Below, one piece after another: positions 38,004-47,769 of a stretch of DNA of 64,000 nt. Each line of letters starts with the position of its first letter. Position 1 is the first letter of the stretch. Made by a program: the position numbers and the translations under genes. The DNA comes from an uncultured Chloroflexia bacterium. Its GTDB lineage: Bacteria; Chloroflexota; Limnocylindria; Limnocylindrales; CSP1-4. The notes under the pieces were generated by a model, which made no database searches, was not told the origin of the DNA, and saw only the letters and a program-made list of their open reading frames with translations. The stretch spans positions 1 to 64,000 of the forward strand of contig CAVQJC010000015.1 of the NCBI GenBank assembly GCA_963712745.1, read 5' to 3'.

Positions 38004-39107
38004 TCAGGCGACCGGCAACAGGATCGCGAAACGGGCTCCGTGGGGCTCGACGTTGGACGCCTCGACACGGCCACCCTGCGCCTCGGCCAAGGCGCGCACG
38101 ATCGACAACCCCAGCCCGGAGGTACCGGATGCGCGCTGCCGCGACGGGTCGGCCCGATAGAACCGCTCGAATACGTGGGCCAGGTCCGCCGGCGGGATCC
38201 CGGAGCCCGTGTCGCGCACGGCCAGCTCGACGAGGCCGTCCCGCGCCCGGCCCTCGAGCACCACCTCGCCACCGGCCGGCGTGTACCGCAACGCGTTGTC
38301 CACGAATGCCCCCAGCATCTGCTGCAGGCGCTCCCGGTCGGCCCGTACCCGCAGCGGCGCGGTCGGACGCTCCAGGCGCACCTGCACTCCCACAGACTCG
38401 GCCGCGGGAGCGAAGCTCTGCGCCACCTCGACGAGGAGGTCGGCCGCAGCGACGCCGACCAGCTCCAGGGGCAGCTGCCCGGATTCGGCCAGGCTCACCG
38501 TACGCAGGTCATCGACGATGCGCGCGAGCAGCCGGGACTGCACGCGGATGGTTTCGAGGTGGCGGTCGTCGTGTTCGTACACACCGTCGAGGATGGCCGT
38601 GGTCGTGGCGTCGATGACCGTCAGCGGAGTGCGCAACTCGTGGGCGGCGTCCTGGAACATCCGGCGGCGCGCAGAGTCCGAGCGCTGGAGCGCCTGCGCC
38701 ATGGCATCGAACGAACGGCCCAGGTCGCCGATCTCGTCGCGGCGGTCGGCCACGTTGGAGCGGCGCTCGAGATCACCCGCAGCCACATCGGCCGCCGCGT
38801 CGCGCAGGGCACCGATGGGCCGGACGAGACGTCCGGCCACGAGGAAGCCCAGCACCGACGCGCCCGCTGCCGCGGCGATGCCGAGCAGCACGATGGCCGT
38901 CGTCGTCTCGCGCTGGGCTCGTCCGGGACCACGACCCTCGCGCGGGCCTGGACCCAGCCCCTGGCCTCCGCCCTGGCCGGGCCGCTCATCGTCCGCCAGC
39001 TGGGCGAAGCCCTGGTCGACGATGAGGGGGGTCACCACCGCGATGGCGCCGGCCGTCACGATGGCCACCAGCGCGAAGATGAGCGCGAGGCGGAGACGCA
39101 GGCTCAT
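38004..39107 (-). CDS. HAMP-domain sensor histidine kinase (BaeS-like)
   Basis: DEIGDL..SFDAM, AHELRTPL, DNALRYT, DTGSGI, FERFYR and GLGLSI motifs. Confidence 0.95.
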   Translation of the reverse strand: MSLRLRLALIFALVAIVTAGAIAVVTPLIVDQGFAQLADDERPGQGGGQGLGPGPREGRGPGRAQRETTTAIVLLGIAAAAGASVLGFLVAGRLVRPIGALRDAAADVAAGDLERRSNVADRRDEIGDLGRSFDAMAQALQRSDSARRRMFQDAAHELRTPLTVIDATTTAILDGVYEHDDRHLETIRVQSRLLARIVDDLRTVSLAESGQLPLELVGVAAADLLVEVAQSFAPAAESVGVQVRLERPTAPLRVRADRERLQQMLGAFVDNALRYTPAGGEVVLEGRARDGLVELAVRDTGSGIPPADLAHVFERFYRADPSRQRASGTSGLGLSIVRALAEAQGGRVEASNVEPHGARFAILLPVA

Positions 39108-39784
39108 CGACGTGTCGCGCGGTAGCCGACACCACGTACGGTCTCGATGTAGTCCCCTCCGCCTGGCGGTCGGCCAAGCTTGCGGCGCAGGTTCTTGACG
39201 TGGCTGTCGATGGTGCGGTCTTCGGCTTCGAAGTCCTCGTCGTAGATGCGCCGGCCCAGCTGCCCACGCCCGAGGACCGTGCCCGGACGCTCGCTGAGCA
39301 CGGCAAGCAGGTCGAACTCCACCCGCGTCAAGGTGATGGGCTGGTCCTCGCGAAGTACGTCACGGGCGGCGAGGTCGATGTCGAGGTCGAGCAAGTGGCG
39401 GACGTCGGAGGCCGGAGCCTCGGTCTTGCGGCGTAGGACGGCCCCGATGCGCGCGACCAGCTCGCGTGGCTCGAAGGGCTTGGTGACGTAGTCGTCGGCG
39501 CCCATCTCCAGGCCGGCCACACGGTCGACGAGATCATCTCGGGCGGTGAGCATGATGACCGCGCTGTCGAGGCCTTCCGCGCGCAAGTCCCGAAGCACGT
39601 CGAAGCCCGAGCGGCCGGGCAGCATCACATCGAGCACGAGCAGGTCGGGGCGGGATTCGCGGGCCAGCCGGAAGGCGGTGACTCCATCGGCGGCCGTGAC
39701 GACTTCGTGGCCCTCCCGCTCGAGGTATGCGCCGACGATATCGGTGATGTGGGGCTCGTCGTCGACGAGCAGGATGGTGGGCAT
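39104..39784 (-). CDS. OmpR-family response regulator
   Basis: LLVDDE, LDVMLP, GADDYVTKPF and ETVRGVGY motifs. Confidence 0.95.
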   Translation of the reverse strand: MPTILLVDDEPHITDIVGAYLEREGHEVVTAADGVTAFRLARESRPDLLVLDVMLPGRSGFDVLRDLRAEGLDSAVIMLTARDDLVDRVAGLEMGADDYVTKPFEPRELVARIGAVLRRKTEAPASDVRHLLDLDIDLAARDVLREDQPITLTRVEFDLLAVLSERPGTVLGRGQLGRRIYDEDFEAEDRTIDSHVKNLRRKLGRPPGGGDYIETVRGVGYRATRR

Positions 39785-39850
39785 GGAAAGCCGATGGTAC
39801 GCCGACGGCCGGGTCAACCCGGCCGTCGGCTGCTGGTCGGCTCTGTCAGC

Positions 39851-40783
39851 CTAGAGCTGGCTCTCGAAAGCGGCCCGGTGGTAGCCGCTGGCGGTCTGCA
39901 ACTGCGAGTACAGCTGGAAGACGTCCGGTGCCATCTCCTCCTCGAGACCGGTCAGGTACTGCTCGAGATCGGCGATATCGGTCTGTTCGATCAGGACGGC
40001 GGCGGCCAGGGCGTCCTCGAGGCTGAGCAAACCCTGCTCCATCAGCTTCTCGTAGAGCTCGGCGATGGCGGGATCCGAGAACTCGCCGGCGAGCAGGTCG
40101 GCCGTGGTGTCCTCGATGCCGTAGCGCTCGAGCACGGTGCGCACTGCCAGCTGGTGCCGCGCTTCGGAGTCGGCGATGCGCTCGAAGGTGCGCAGGCCGT
40201 ACTTCTCGGCGAAGGCGGCGTACACGTCGTGGGCCATCTTCTCTTCGTTGGCCATGTAGACGAGACCGATCTCCTGCTCAGGGGTCAGCGTGCCCATCTC
40301 AGCAGTGCACTGAGGGCACTCCCCGGGATCCTGCTGCCACTCGCCGTCCGGTCCCCGCCCGAGTCCCTGGCCCGCGCCCGCGGCGGCGGCAGCGGTCCGG
40401 TTGGCATTCCGGTTGGCATTCCGGTTGTTCTTCTGGACGGCATTCCTGCCGCGGTCGTTCGTTGCGGCGCGGTTGCGCGCGACGTTTCCGCCACCGGCGG
40501 CACGAGCCTGGACCTGCTGGCCGCCACCGGCACGGGCCTGGGTCGCGGCCTGCTGGGCCGAACCGTCGCGGGCACGCGCCCGCTGCAGGACCTGGCCACC
40601 GGTCCCATCCTGGGCTTGTGCGCGCTGTTGGAGCTGGGCCTGGTCGTTGGGGCAGTCTGCGCCGCAGCTGCCGTCACCCGGGCCCGGGCCCTTGGCGAAG
40701 GCGGCCGTGGGGGCCAGGGCGGCCGCGCTGAGCGCGACGACGGCCGAGAGCGCGAGGATCGTTCGAGGGGAGCGGATGTGCAT
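39851..40783 (-). CDS. secreted DUF2202 ferritin-like protein with low-complexity linker
   Basis: Signal peptide; EEKMAHDVY, IADSEARH, IEQTDIADL and ASGYHRAAF motifs. Confidence 0.85.
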   Translation of the reverse strand: MHIRSPRTILALSAVVALSAAALAPTAAFAKGPGPGDGSCGADCPNDQAQLQQRAQAQDGTGGQVLQRARARDGSAQQAATQARAGGGQQVQARAAGGGNVARNRAATNDRGRNAVQKNNRNANRNANRTAAAAAGAGQGLGRGPDGEWQQDPGECPQCTAEMGTLTPEQEIGLVYMANEEKMAHDVYAAFAEKYGLRTFERIADSEARHQLAVRTVLERYGIEDTTADLLAGEFSDPAIAELYEKLMEQGLLSLEDALAAAVLIEQTDIADLEQYLTGLEEEMAPDVFQLYSQLQTASGYHRAAFESQL

Positions 40784-40908
40784 GTTCGTGACTCCTTTGT
40801 CGGTGCGCGGCCTGGGGGCAAGCGCTTTCGATGCCCACCACGATGACCGGCGCGCGCGCAGTCCCGATGGACCCGACATGGAGATTGTGTGGAGATGTGC
40901 GCCCGTCC

Positions 40909-42441
40909 TCAGGCGTGCGGCCAATCCCTCACGTAGCGCAGCTGGTCCGGCATCGTCAGCGTGTGACGGCGGGCAGCGTGAACACGGCCGATGGCCGTAT
41001 CGGCATCGAGTCCGGCCTCGCGCAGCAGGCAGGCGGAGGTCATGCCTGCGCGATCGAGCCCGCCGCGACAGGCGACGGCCAGGGTCTCCCCGTCTCGCAC
41101 ACGGTCCACGAGCGCGGCCAGGACACGCCGGTAGGCCCCATCGTCCGCTGGCGTCAGCGGATCGCGGATGGGGTGCCTGATGAGCTCGACGCCGTGCGCC
41201 GGCACGACCTCCTCGACGTGCTCCACCCGGCACCGACGCAGCTCCTTGTCCTCCACCAGCAGCAGGAGCACGTCCACGCCCTGCTGGCGCAGATGGGCTG
41301 CGTCGCTGTCGAGATCGCGCCAGTGCGGGCCGCTGTAGTAGCCGAGGTAGCGCTTGCCCGGCAGGAAGGTCATGCCGGCGCGACCACCCCGGTCACCGAG
41401 GTCGGAGCCGTCGAGGTCCATGAAGTCGACCCGCAGCGGCTTGCGGAACGAGGTCCGCCAGGGCGTGCCATCCCACTCGGACGTGTCGGTCTCGATGAGC
41501 CTGTCGATGAGCGCCTGCGGGATGCGTCGATCGCGCAGACCGCGATGCCAGGCCGCAGGCACGCTTCCGATGCCGAAGTGGATCCCGGCCAGGCCGCCGG
41601 CGATGGCCGCGGTGGTGTCGGTGTCGTTGCCGTAGCCCACCGCGGAGACGACTGCGGAGCGATAGTCGGCGGCACCGGCGAACGCGTCCCAGGCCGACCA
41701 GAAGCTGTCGACGACGCGGCCGCGACCGTCGCGCCCGGTCCAGGCCTCGAAGGCATCGAGCGCGGCCACGGCCTCCGTCGGCGTCGAGGCCTCCGGCGAA
41801 CCCGGCAGGCCATGTGCAGCGAGCGAGGTCCGAACGACGCCTCGGGCCTCGACGAGGACGCCCTGGCGGTCGGGGTCGTCGACGCCCCCGAGCAGGCGCC
41901 GCGCGACGAGCACATACAGCGCGCAGGCGATCTGCGCCTCGGCGCTGCCGTGGGTGACCCGCGAAGCGCGCACGGCCATGTCGACCAGGTCCGCGTCGTC
42001 GGCATCGCGGAAGACCAGGGCCAGCGGCAGGATGCGCATGAGCGAGCCGTTGCCCCTGGCATCGGCGGCGCCGGCCCCCTCTGCCGCCGTGCCCGAGCGC
42101 AACGCGGCGAGCGCTCGCCCGGTGGCAGCGCCGACGTCGAGCACGAGTCCGCCCGCGGCATACTCACCCTCATCCGACCAGCGCAGGGCCCGGCGCCCCT
42201 GGTCGGCCAGGTCGAAGGTCGGCGTCGGCATCTCGGTGTCCGGGCCCAGCAGCGAGTCGAGCAGCGCCAGCATGAGCGCGCCATCGTCACTCCAGGTGCC
42301 CGGCGGCTGGTCCCAGGTCCCGTACCCTCGCCATTCCACCTGGTCGCGCGGGAGAGCCGGCCCGAACTCGTAGGGCACACCCAGGGCATCACCGCAGAGG
42401 TGTCCGTAGACGGCGCCTTCGAGCCGCTCGGGCAGCGGCAT
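40909..42441 (-). CDS. ADP-ribosylglycohydrolase fused to a CDKN3/dual-specificity phosphatase-like domain
   Basis: GDALGVPYEF, WSDD, GNGSLMR, DTDTTAAIAG; then PGK...RDLDSD, HPIRD and ACRGGLDRAG. Alternative start 42555. Confidence 0.88.
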   Translation of the reverse strand: MPLPERLEGAVYGHLCGDALGVPYEFGPALPRDQVEWRGYGTWDQPPGTWSDDGALMLALLDSLLGPDTEMPTPTFDLADQGRRALRWSDEGEYAAGGLVLDVGAATGRALAALRSGTAAEGAGAADARGNGSLMRILPLALVFRDADDADLVDMAVRASRVTHGSAEAQIACALYVLVARRLLGGVDDPDRQGVLVEARGVVRTSLAAHGLPGSPEASTPTEAVAALDAFEAWTGRDGRGRVVDSFWSAWDAFAGAADYRSAVVSAVGYGNDTDTTAAIAGGLAGIHFGIGSVPAAWHRGLRDRRIPQALIDRLIETDTSEWDGTPWRTSFRKPLRVDFMDLDGSDLGDRGGRAGMTFLPGKRYLGYYSGPHWRDLDSDAAHLRQQGVDVLLLLVEDKELRRCRVEHVEEVVPAHGVELIRHPIRDPLTPADDGAYRRVLAALVDRVRDGETLAVACRGGLDRAGMTSACLLREAGLDADTAIGRVHAARRHTLTMPDQLRYVRDWPHA

Positions 42442-42604
42442 GTGGTCTCCCCTCCCTCGCGAACGCCAGGCCTGGCGAACGGCACGGAGCCAGGGCGTGC
42501 GTCGCAGCCGCGACCAGAAGATGGCGCCGTCGGAGGGGCGTTCCGAATCGCTCACCTGATCAGCAGGCCCGCGGACAGGGAAGCCCGGCGCCCGGGAAGA
42601 TCAG

Positions 42605-43081
42605 CTAAAGCTCGCTGGGCACCTGACGCAGGACCCGGCAGGCGGCCCCGAAGAACCTGTGGAAGCCATCCTGCGTCTGGCCGTACCAGAGCGGGCAGCT
42701 CACCAGCGCCGTGATGCCGTTCTCGCGGCAGTAGTCATGGGCCTCTGTGGAGTAGCTACCGGAGCCGAAGTTCTTGTGGAACCAGACCTTGTCGACACCG
42801 GCTTCCTTGCACTCCTGCGCGACCGACAGCGACACCTTGGGGTTGGTGGCGATGACGACGGCATCGACGCCATCGGGGATGTCCTTGATGCTGTGGTAGC
42901 AGGTATCGCCCATCACGGTATCGGCATTGGGGTTGACGGGGAAGACCTCGTAGCCGCGCTCCTTGAAACGCGAGTAGATGCCGTTGCTCGCATGCGAGCC
43001 GCCCGCGTTACGCGAAACACCCGCCACGGCGATGCGCTTGCTTGACAGGAATTCGTCGATGGCCTGGTCGACAGTCGGCAT
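42605..43081 (-). CDS. CoA-binding protein (YccU-like)
   Basis: IAVAGVSR, GYEVFPVNP, CY.SIKDIP and KVWF motifs; GGAGGG RBS. Confidence 0.9.
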   Translation of the reverse strand: MPTVDQAIDEFLSSKRIAVAGVSRNAGGSHASNGIYSRFKERGYEVFPVNPNADTVMGDTCYHSIKDIPDGVDAVVIATNPKVSLSVAQECKEAGVDKVWFHKNFGSGSYSTEAHDYCRENGITALVSCPLWYGQTQDGFHRFFGAACRVLRQVPSEL

Positions 43082-43292
43082 GGTTCCCTCCTGGGCATGG
43101 CAACAGAGATGGTTCCAGGCATCCGTGGGGGACGCGGACAAGCCCGGGTCGAGCATCGACCGGCCAGTCCAGCCGTGACAGTGCCGTTCTGCCCGCATCG
43201 GACATGCCGATGGCCGAATGACCACGGTTCGCCCGGGTCGCTATGGTCAGCCACAGCCGCCGGCCCTGCCCGGTGAGAGGAGGAGGAGCCCA

Positions 43293-43754
43293 GTGCGCAC
43301 GCTGCTCAAGCTGCTGGCTTTCATCATCGGGAGCGCCGTCGTCGCGCGCCTGGGCGCCTTTGTCGTCGCGCGTCAGCTCGATGTGGGCACCGAGGTCAGC
43401 GACGAGTTGCGGCGTGTCGTCGTCTTCGATGGACTTGACTTCACAAGCCGGGCCCGCGGCCTGCGCCGCGCCGAAGTGAGCGTTTTCCTCGGCGGTGCCA
43501 AGGTGGACCTCCGCCACGCGGTCATCGACCCCGCCGGCGCGCGGGTCAGGGTACAGAACACGCTCGGCGGGCTCGTGGTCACCGTTCGCGACGACTGGGC
43601 CGTCACCGTCCACGAGGCGCTCGTGGGCGGAGGCGACCTTGAGGTCAAGGTGACCCCGCCCCAGGACCTGCCCGAGGATGCCCCCAGGCTCGAGATCGAT
43701 GTCATGACCCGCCTCGGCGGCACTGTCATCACGACGGAGAACGTCGACCTCTAG
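43293..43754 (+). CDS. LiaF/DUF2154-like beta-rich membrane-anchored protein
   Basis: N-terminal TM; VFLGGAKVDLR, TLGGLVV.V..DW.V and TRLGG motifs; AGGAGGAG RBS. Confidence 0.7.
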   Translation: MRTLLKLLAFIIGSAVVARLGAFVVARQLDVGTEVSDELRRVVVFDGLDFTSRARGLRRAEVSVFLGGAKVDLRHAVIDPAGARVRVQNTLGGLVVTVRDDWAVTVHEALVGGGDLEVKVTPPQDLPEDAPRLEIDVMTRLGGTVITTENVDL

Positions 43755-44626
43755 CCGGCCGGGGCCAGGCTCACCCCCACCGGCTCAAGGCCGAGCTCGC
43801 GGGCGAAGGCCTCGGCCATGACCCTCGCTCCAAGGACGTTGGCGTGTCGGTCCGGGCCCAGCGGCGGCTCGTGGCAGAGCCAGGTCCGCTCGCACAGGAG
43901 AGCCAGGTTGCGGGGCACCAGCCCGTGCCCGGCCAGGGGCACGAGCGTGTCCCAGTCGCTGATGTCGAAGGCGGCCTCGACGTCAGCTACCCCCATGCCT
44001 GCCCGCTCAAAGACCCCTTCGAGCGCGGCGTTGACAAGCTGCACGGCCACGACCGACTGGCCCGACAGGCCTCGGGTTTCCTCATCGAACCACAAGACCA
44101 GCAACGGGTCGTAGACGTTCATGCCCACGATGGGCACACCCGGGGCCGCGGCCTGGAGCTCCTCAAGGATGGCGGGGAGGCGCTCCTGGACGCCGGCGAT
44201 GCCCGGCAGCAGACACTCCATCGAATCGCACTCGAAGTCCTTGAAGCCGATATCGATGGTGATGAAGGCGAGTTCTTTCCGGTGATCGTCGATGAACGCG
44301 AGCGCCTCGTCGAGCTGGCTGCCGCGGGGATATGAGCAGCGCTCGTAGTCGACGCGGATGGACTCGGTGGTGGTGCCCGGGCAGGCCAGGTTCATCAGCT
44401 GCAGGTTCGGGTAGGACCCGCGGGCCATCAGCCAGAGCTGGTCGGCGTAGCCCGCTCGGGTCTTGTGGTCGTGGTCGGGGTCCCCGACCGGCTGGTAGCC
44501 GGCGGCGAGGGAGTCGCCCAGGGCCAGGTACCAGCTTTGGCCCTCGACGTCGCCGGGCTCGGGATCGGCGGCCGTCGCGGGCGCGGCCAGGATGACCAGC
44601 AGCAGAGCTGCCAACAGGACTCGCAT
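43751..44626 (-). CDS. secreted SGNH/GDSL hydrolase
   Basis: Signal peptide; YLALGDSLA, NLACPG, IDIGFKD and DRHAN motifs; GGAGG RBS. Confidence 0.88.
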   Translation of the reverse strand: MRVLLAALLLVILAAPATAADPEPGDVEGQSWYLALGDSLAAGYQPVGDPDHDHKTRAGYADQLWLMARGSYPNLQLMNLACPGTTTESIRVDYERCSYPRGSQLDEALAFIDDHRKELAFITIDIGFKDFECDSMECLLPGIAGVQERLPAILEELQAAAPGVPIVGMNVYDPLLVLWFDEETRGLSGQSVVAVQLVNAALEGVFERAGMGVADVEAAFDISDWDTLVPLAGHGLVPRNLALLCERTWLCHEPPLGPDRHANVLGARVMAEAFARELGLEPVGVSLAPAG

Positions 44627-44727
44627 CTCGCACCTCCACGAAGGACGTTGAGCGCGGGCACAGGCCCCGGCAAGTGCCATCCGACCCGGCTGGTCGAGGG
44701 CAGAGCCAGCGGCAACCACGCGTCCAA

Positions 44728-44863
44728 CGCACATCTCGCGTCGGCGCACATCTCGCGTCGGCGCACATCTCGCGTCGGCGCACATCTCGCGTCGGCGCGC
44801 ATCTCGCGTCGGCGCGCATCTCGCGTCGGCGCGCATCTCGCGTCGGCGCGCATCTCGCGTCGG
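44728..44863. repeat. 8x 17-bp tandem repeat CGC(A/G)CATCTCGCGTCGG
   Basis: Four A-variant units followed by four G-variant units. Confidence 0.95.
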
Positions 44864-45039
44864 CGAGACGGAACTCACACGCCGCTTGCGGCGCACGTAG
44901 TCGATAGAGGCGCCGACACCCATCGACGCCACGAACCATCGGGGCGACGCGTGGTGCATCGCGCGGAGCCCCGGACCCACGGTGTCGCCGGCCGACGTCA
45001 GCGGCGAGCACGTGGACCACGACAAGAAGGAGTCGCTCC

Positions 45040-45831
45040 ATGTCGTCCACCATCCACGCGATCGCCCGGCGCGCCCTGGTCCTCGCCGGCTCGGCCGCTC
45101 TCATCCTGTCCACGGTCCCCGCGGCCGGGGCCGCCTCGCTCGACGAGCTCATGGAACTCAGTCGGCGAGCGTGGGCGGGCGAGACCGAGCTGCTGGCCCA
45201 GGTCTACGCCCCGGACGCCGTGCACACGACCACCTTCTATGACCGCACCACCGAGTACGTCGGGCCGGAGCGGATGCCCGTGATGCCGGGGCACAGCTCA
45301 CTCAGAGCCGTCGCACCCCGCGTCGACATCCCCGCCCCCGAGGGCGAGTACCGCTGGGCCGAATTCATCAGCCTCGGTGGCGGCAGTGCCTGCCTGTGGC
45401 GGGCGGTCGACGGCCTCGTCACCCGACAGGACTGCCTGGTCCCCGAACGGTCGAACGAGGCCCGAGCGGGGGCCGGCCTGGCCGATGCCGAGACCTCGGC
45501 AGCCATCGACGCCCTGGTCGAGCGGCTGGACGGGACATGGGGTCCCGACAACACGGTCGAGAAGATGGCGGCGGTCTACGCGCCCGATGCGGTGCATTCG
45601 GCCCGCTTCCCGAACGTGACGCGGCAGTACGTCGGCCCCGAGGAGATCATCTCCGTCTCGCGCGCGGGCATCCCCATCGAACGGATCGGGCCGCGCATCG
45701 ACTTCGAGGCGCCGGAGGGTGAGCTCGCCTGGGCCCAGGTCAACAGCCTGGCCGGTGGCTCGCTCTGTCTCTTCCACGCCGTGGACGACATGATCACCCG
45801 GCATGACTGCGTCGTGCCCGTCAAGGGCTAG
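45040..45831 (+). CDS. secreted protein with two NTF2/SnoaL-like repeats
   Basis: RR-containing signal peptide; internal duplication VYAPDAVH...YVGPE...R.D..APEGE..WA...SL.GGS.CL..AVD...TR.DC.VP. Confidence 0.75.
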   Translation: MSSTIHAIARRALVLAGSAALILSTVPAAGAASLDELMELSRRAWAGETELLAQVYAPDAVHTTTFYDRTTEYVGPERMPVMPGHSSLRAVAPRVDIPAPEGEYRWAEFISLGGGSACLWRAVDGLVTRQDCLVPERSNEARAGAGLADAETSAAIDALVERLDGTWGPDNTVEKMAAVYAPDAVHSARFPNVTRQYVGPEEIISVSRAGIPIERIGPRIDFEAPEGELAWAQVNSLAGGSLCLFHAVDDMITRHDCVVPVKG

Positions 45832-45879
45832 GAGCCCTGGCCGATTTCGGAACCTTCCCGCGATGGACGGCGCACGTAC
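45108..45879 (+). repeat. 772-bp direct repeat, copy 1
   Basis: Appears identical to 46852-47623 (offset 1744). Confidence 0.95.
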
Positions 45880-45926
45880 GATTCAGGGACGGTGCGACTC
45901 GCGCCGTCCGTCGCACGGGGGAGCGC

Positions 45927-46520
45927 GTGGACGAAGGGCTGGTGGTCCGGGCCCAAGGGGGCGATCGAGACGCCTTCGAGCAGATCGTGAACGTCTCGTT
46001 CGACCGCTGCCACGGCGTGGCCATGCGCCTCCTGCGCGACTCGCGACTGGCGGAGGACGCGGTGCAGCAGGCCATGGTCAACATCTGGCGCGACCTGCCC
46101 CGTCTGCGCGACCCGGCCCGCTATGACGCCTGGTCCTACAAGCTTCTGGTGCGCGCCTGCTATGCCGAATACAAGCGGGCACCCAGGTGGATGCCCGCCA
46201 TCGAGGAAGGGTCGCCCACCGAACCGCGCGCCAGGGATGACTTCGGTGCGGTCGTGGACCGTGACCAGCTGGAGCGTGGGTTCCGGCGGCTCTCCATGGA
46301 CCACCGCTCGGTGGTGGTCCTCCATCACTACCTCGACCTGCCGCTCGATGAGGTCGGGCGAGTGCTGGACGTGCCGGTCGGTACCGTGAAGTCCCGCCTC
46401 CATCGCGCCCTGGCCGAGATGCGCACCGCGCTCGAGGCCGACTCACGGCCAGTCGAACCGGAGACGACGATGGCCGGTGCCTACGACGTACCGACTCCCG
46501 GGGAGGAGGTCGCCCGATGA
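45927..46520 (+). CDS. ECF RNA polymerase sigma factor
   Basis: AEDAVQ, LRDPARYDAW, region 4 VPVGTVKSRLHRA. Confidence 0.93.
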   Translation: MDEGLVVRAQGGDRDAFEQIVNVSFDRCHGVAMRLLRDSRLAEDAVQQAMVNIWRDLPRLRDPARYDAWSYKLLVRACYAEYKRAPRWMPAIEEGSPTEPRARDDFGAVVDRDQLERGFRRLSMDHRSVVVLHHYLDLPLDEVGRVLDVPVGTVKSRLHRALAEMRTALEADSRPVEPETTMAGAYDVPTPGEEVAR

Positions 46521-47575
46521 CCGCGCCGATCCGGGAGGACCGTGACATGGAGACCATCGTCCACAGTTGGCTGCACGATGCCGACGAGCCGACGGCCGAC
46601 CGCAACCGCCAGATCGGTCGCATCATCGGCCGCGTCGACGAGACCAGGCAGCGCCGCCGGCGGTGGCCAACGAACCCTTTCGCGCGTCGCGCGGTGCACA
46701 GCGCGGCAGGCGCTGAGAGGAGGGCCGGACAGCCACGTCGCACCGCCTCTGTGCGGGCCACGTCCGGTCTGCTGGCCACGGTCTCCGTGATGGTGCTGGT
46801 AGCCACAGCGCTCGTCCTGGTGTCGGTGCGCCCGGCCCCGATACCCCCGGCGTCCACGGTCCCCGCGGCCGGGGCCGCCTCGCTCGACGAGCTCATGGAA
46901 CTCAGTCGGCGAGCGTGGGCGGGCGAGACCGAGCTGCTGGCCCAGGTCTACGCCCCGGACGCCGTGCACACGACCACCTTCTATGACCGCACCACCGAGT
47001 ACGTCGGGCCGGAGCGGATGCCCGTGATGCCGGGGCACAGCTCACTCAGAGCCGTCGCACCCCGCGTCGACATCCCCGCCCCCGAGGGCGAGTACCGCTG
47101 GGCCGAATTCATCAGCCTCGGTGGCGGCAGTGCCTGCCTGTGGCGGGCGGTCGACGGCCTCGTCACCCGACAGGACTGCCTGGTCCCCGAACGGTCGAAC
47201 GAGGCCCGAGCGGGGGCCGGCCTGGCCGATGCCGAGACCTCGGCAGCCATCGACGCCCTGGTCGAGCGGCTGGACGGGACATGGGGTCCCGACAACACGG
47301 TCGAGAAGATGGCGGCGGTCTACGCGCCCGATGCGGTGCATTCGGCCCGCTTCCCGAACGTGACGCGGCAGTACGTCGGCCCCGAGGAGATCATCTCCGT
47401 CTCGCGCGCGGGCATCCCCATCGAACGGATCGGGCCGCGCATCGACTTCGAGGCGCCGGAGGGTGAGCTCGCCTGGGCCCAGGTCAACAGCCTGGCCGGT
47501 GGCTCGCTCTGTCTCTTCCACGCCGTGGACGACATGATCACCCGGCATGACTGCGTCGTGCCCGTCAAGGGCTAG
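46517..47575 (+). CDS. putative membrane-anchored anti-sigma factor with NTF2/SnoaL-like extracellular repeats
   Basis: ATGA-coupled to sigma; cytoplasmic SWL...ETRQRR.W, one TM, C-terminal ~240 aa identical to 45040-45831. Confidence 0.75.
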   Translation: MTAPIREDRDMETIVHSWLHDADEPTADRNRQIGRIIGRVDETRQRRRRWPTNPFARRAVHSAAGAERRAGQPRRTASVRATSGLLATVSVMVLVATALVLVSVRPAPIPPASTVPAAGAASLDELMELSRRAWAGETELLAQVYAPDAVHTTTFYDRTTEYVGPERMPVMPGHSSLRAVAPRVDIPAPEGEYRWAEFISLGGGSACLWRAVDGLVTRQDCLVPERSNEARAGAGLADAETSAAIDALVERLDGTWGPDNTVEKMAAVYAPDAVHSARFPNVTRQYVGPEEIISVSRAGIPIERIGPRIDFEAPEGELAWAQVNSLAGGSLCLFHAVDDMITRHDCVVPVKG

Positions 47576-47623
47576 GAGCCCTGGCCGATTTCGGAACCTT
47601 CCCGCGATGGACGGCGCACGTAC
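46852..47623 (+). repeat. 772-bp direct repeat, copy 2
   Basis: Appears identical to 45108-45879. Confidence 0.95.
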
Positions 47624-47769
47624 ACCCATGGCGCTTCGTTCGGGTCGACCGAGGCGCAGCACACAGCGCGCCCTGGCGACCTGGGTCAGATCGGCGTCCA
47701 GGCTCGACTGGGGCCGTCCACCCAGGGTTTCTTTTCCCCCTTACCCTTCCGCCCCGGTCGGGCCTAGCC

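Noticed and set aside
45108-47623. Composite transposon or diversity-generating retroelement
   Set aside because: The repeats encode no transposase, have no terminal inverted repeats, show no adenine-specific differences, and there is no reverse transcriptase.
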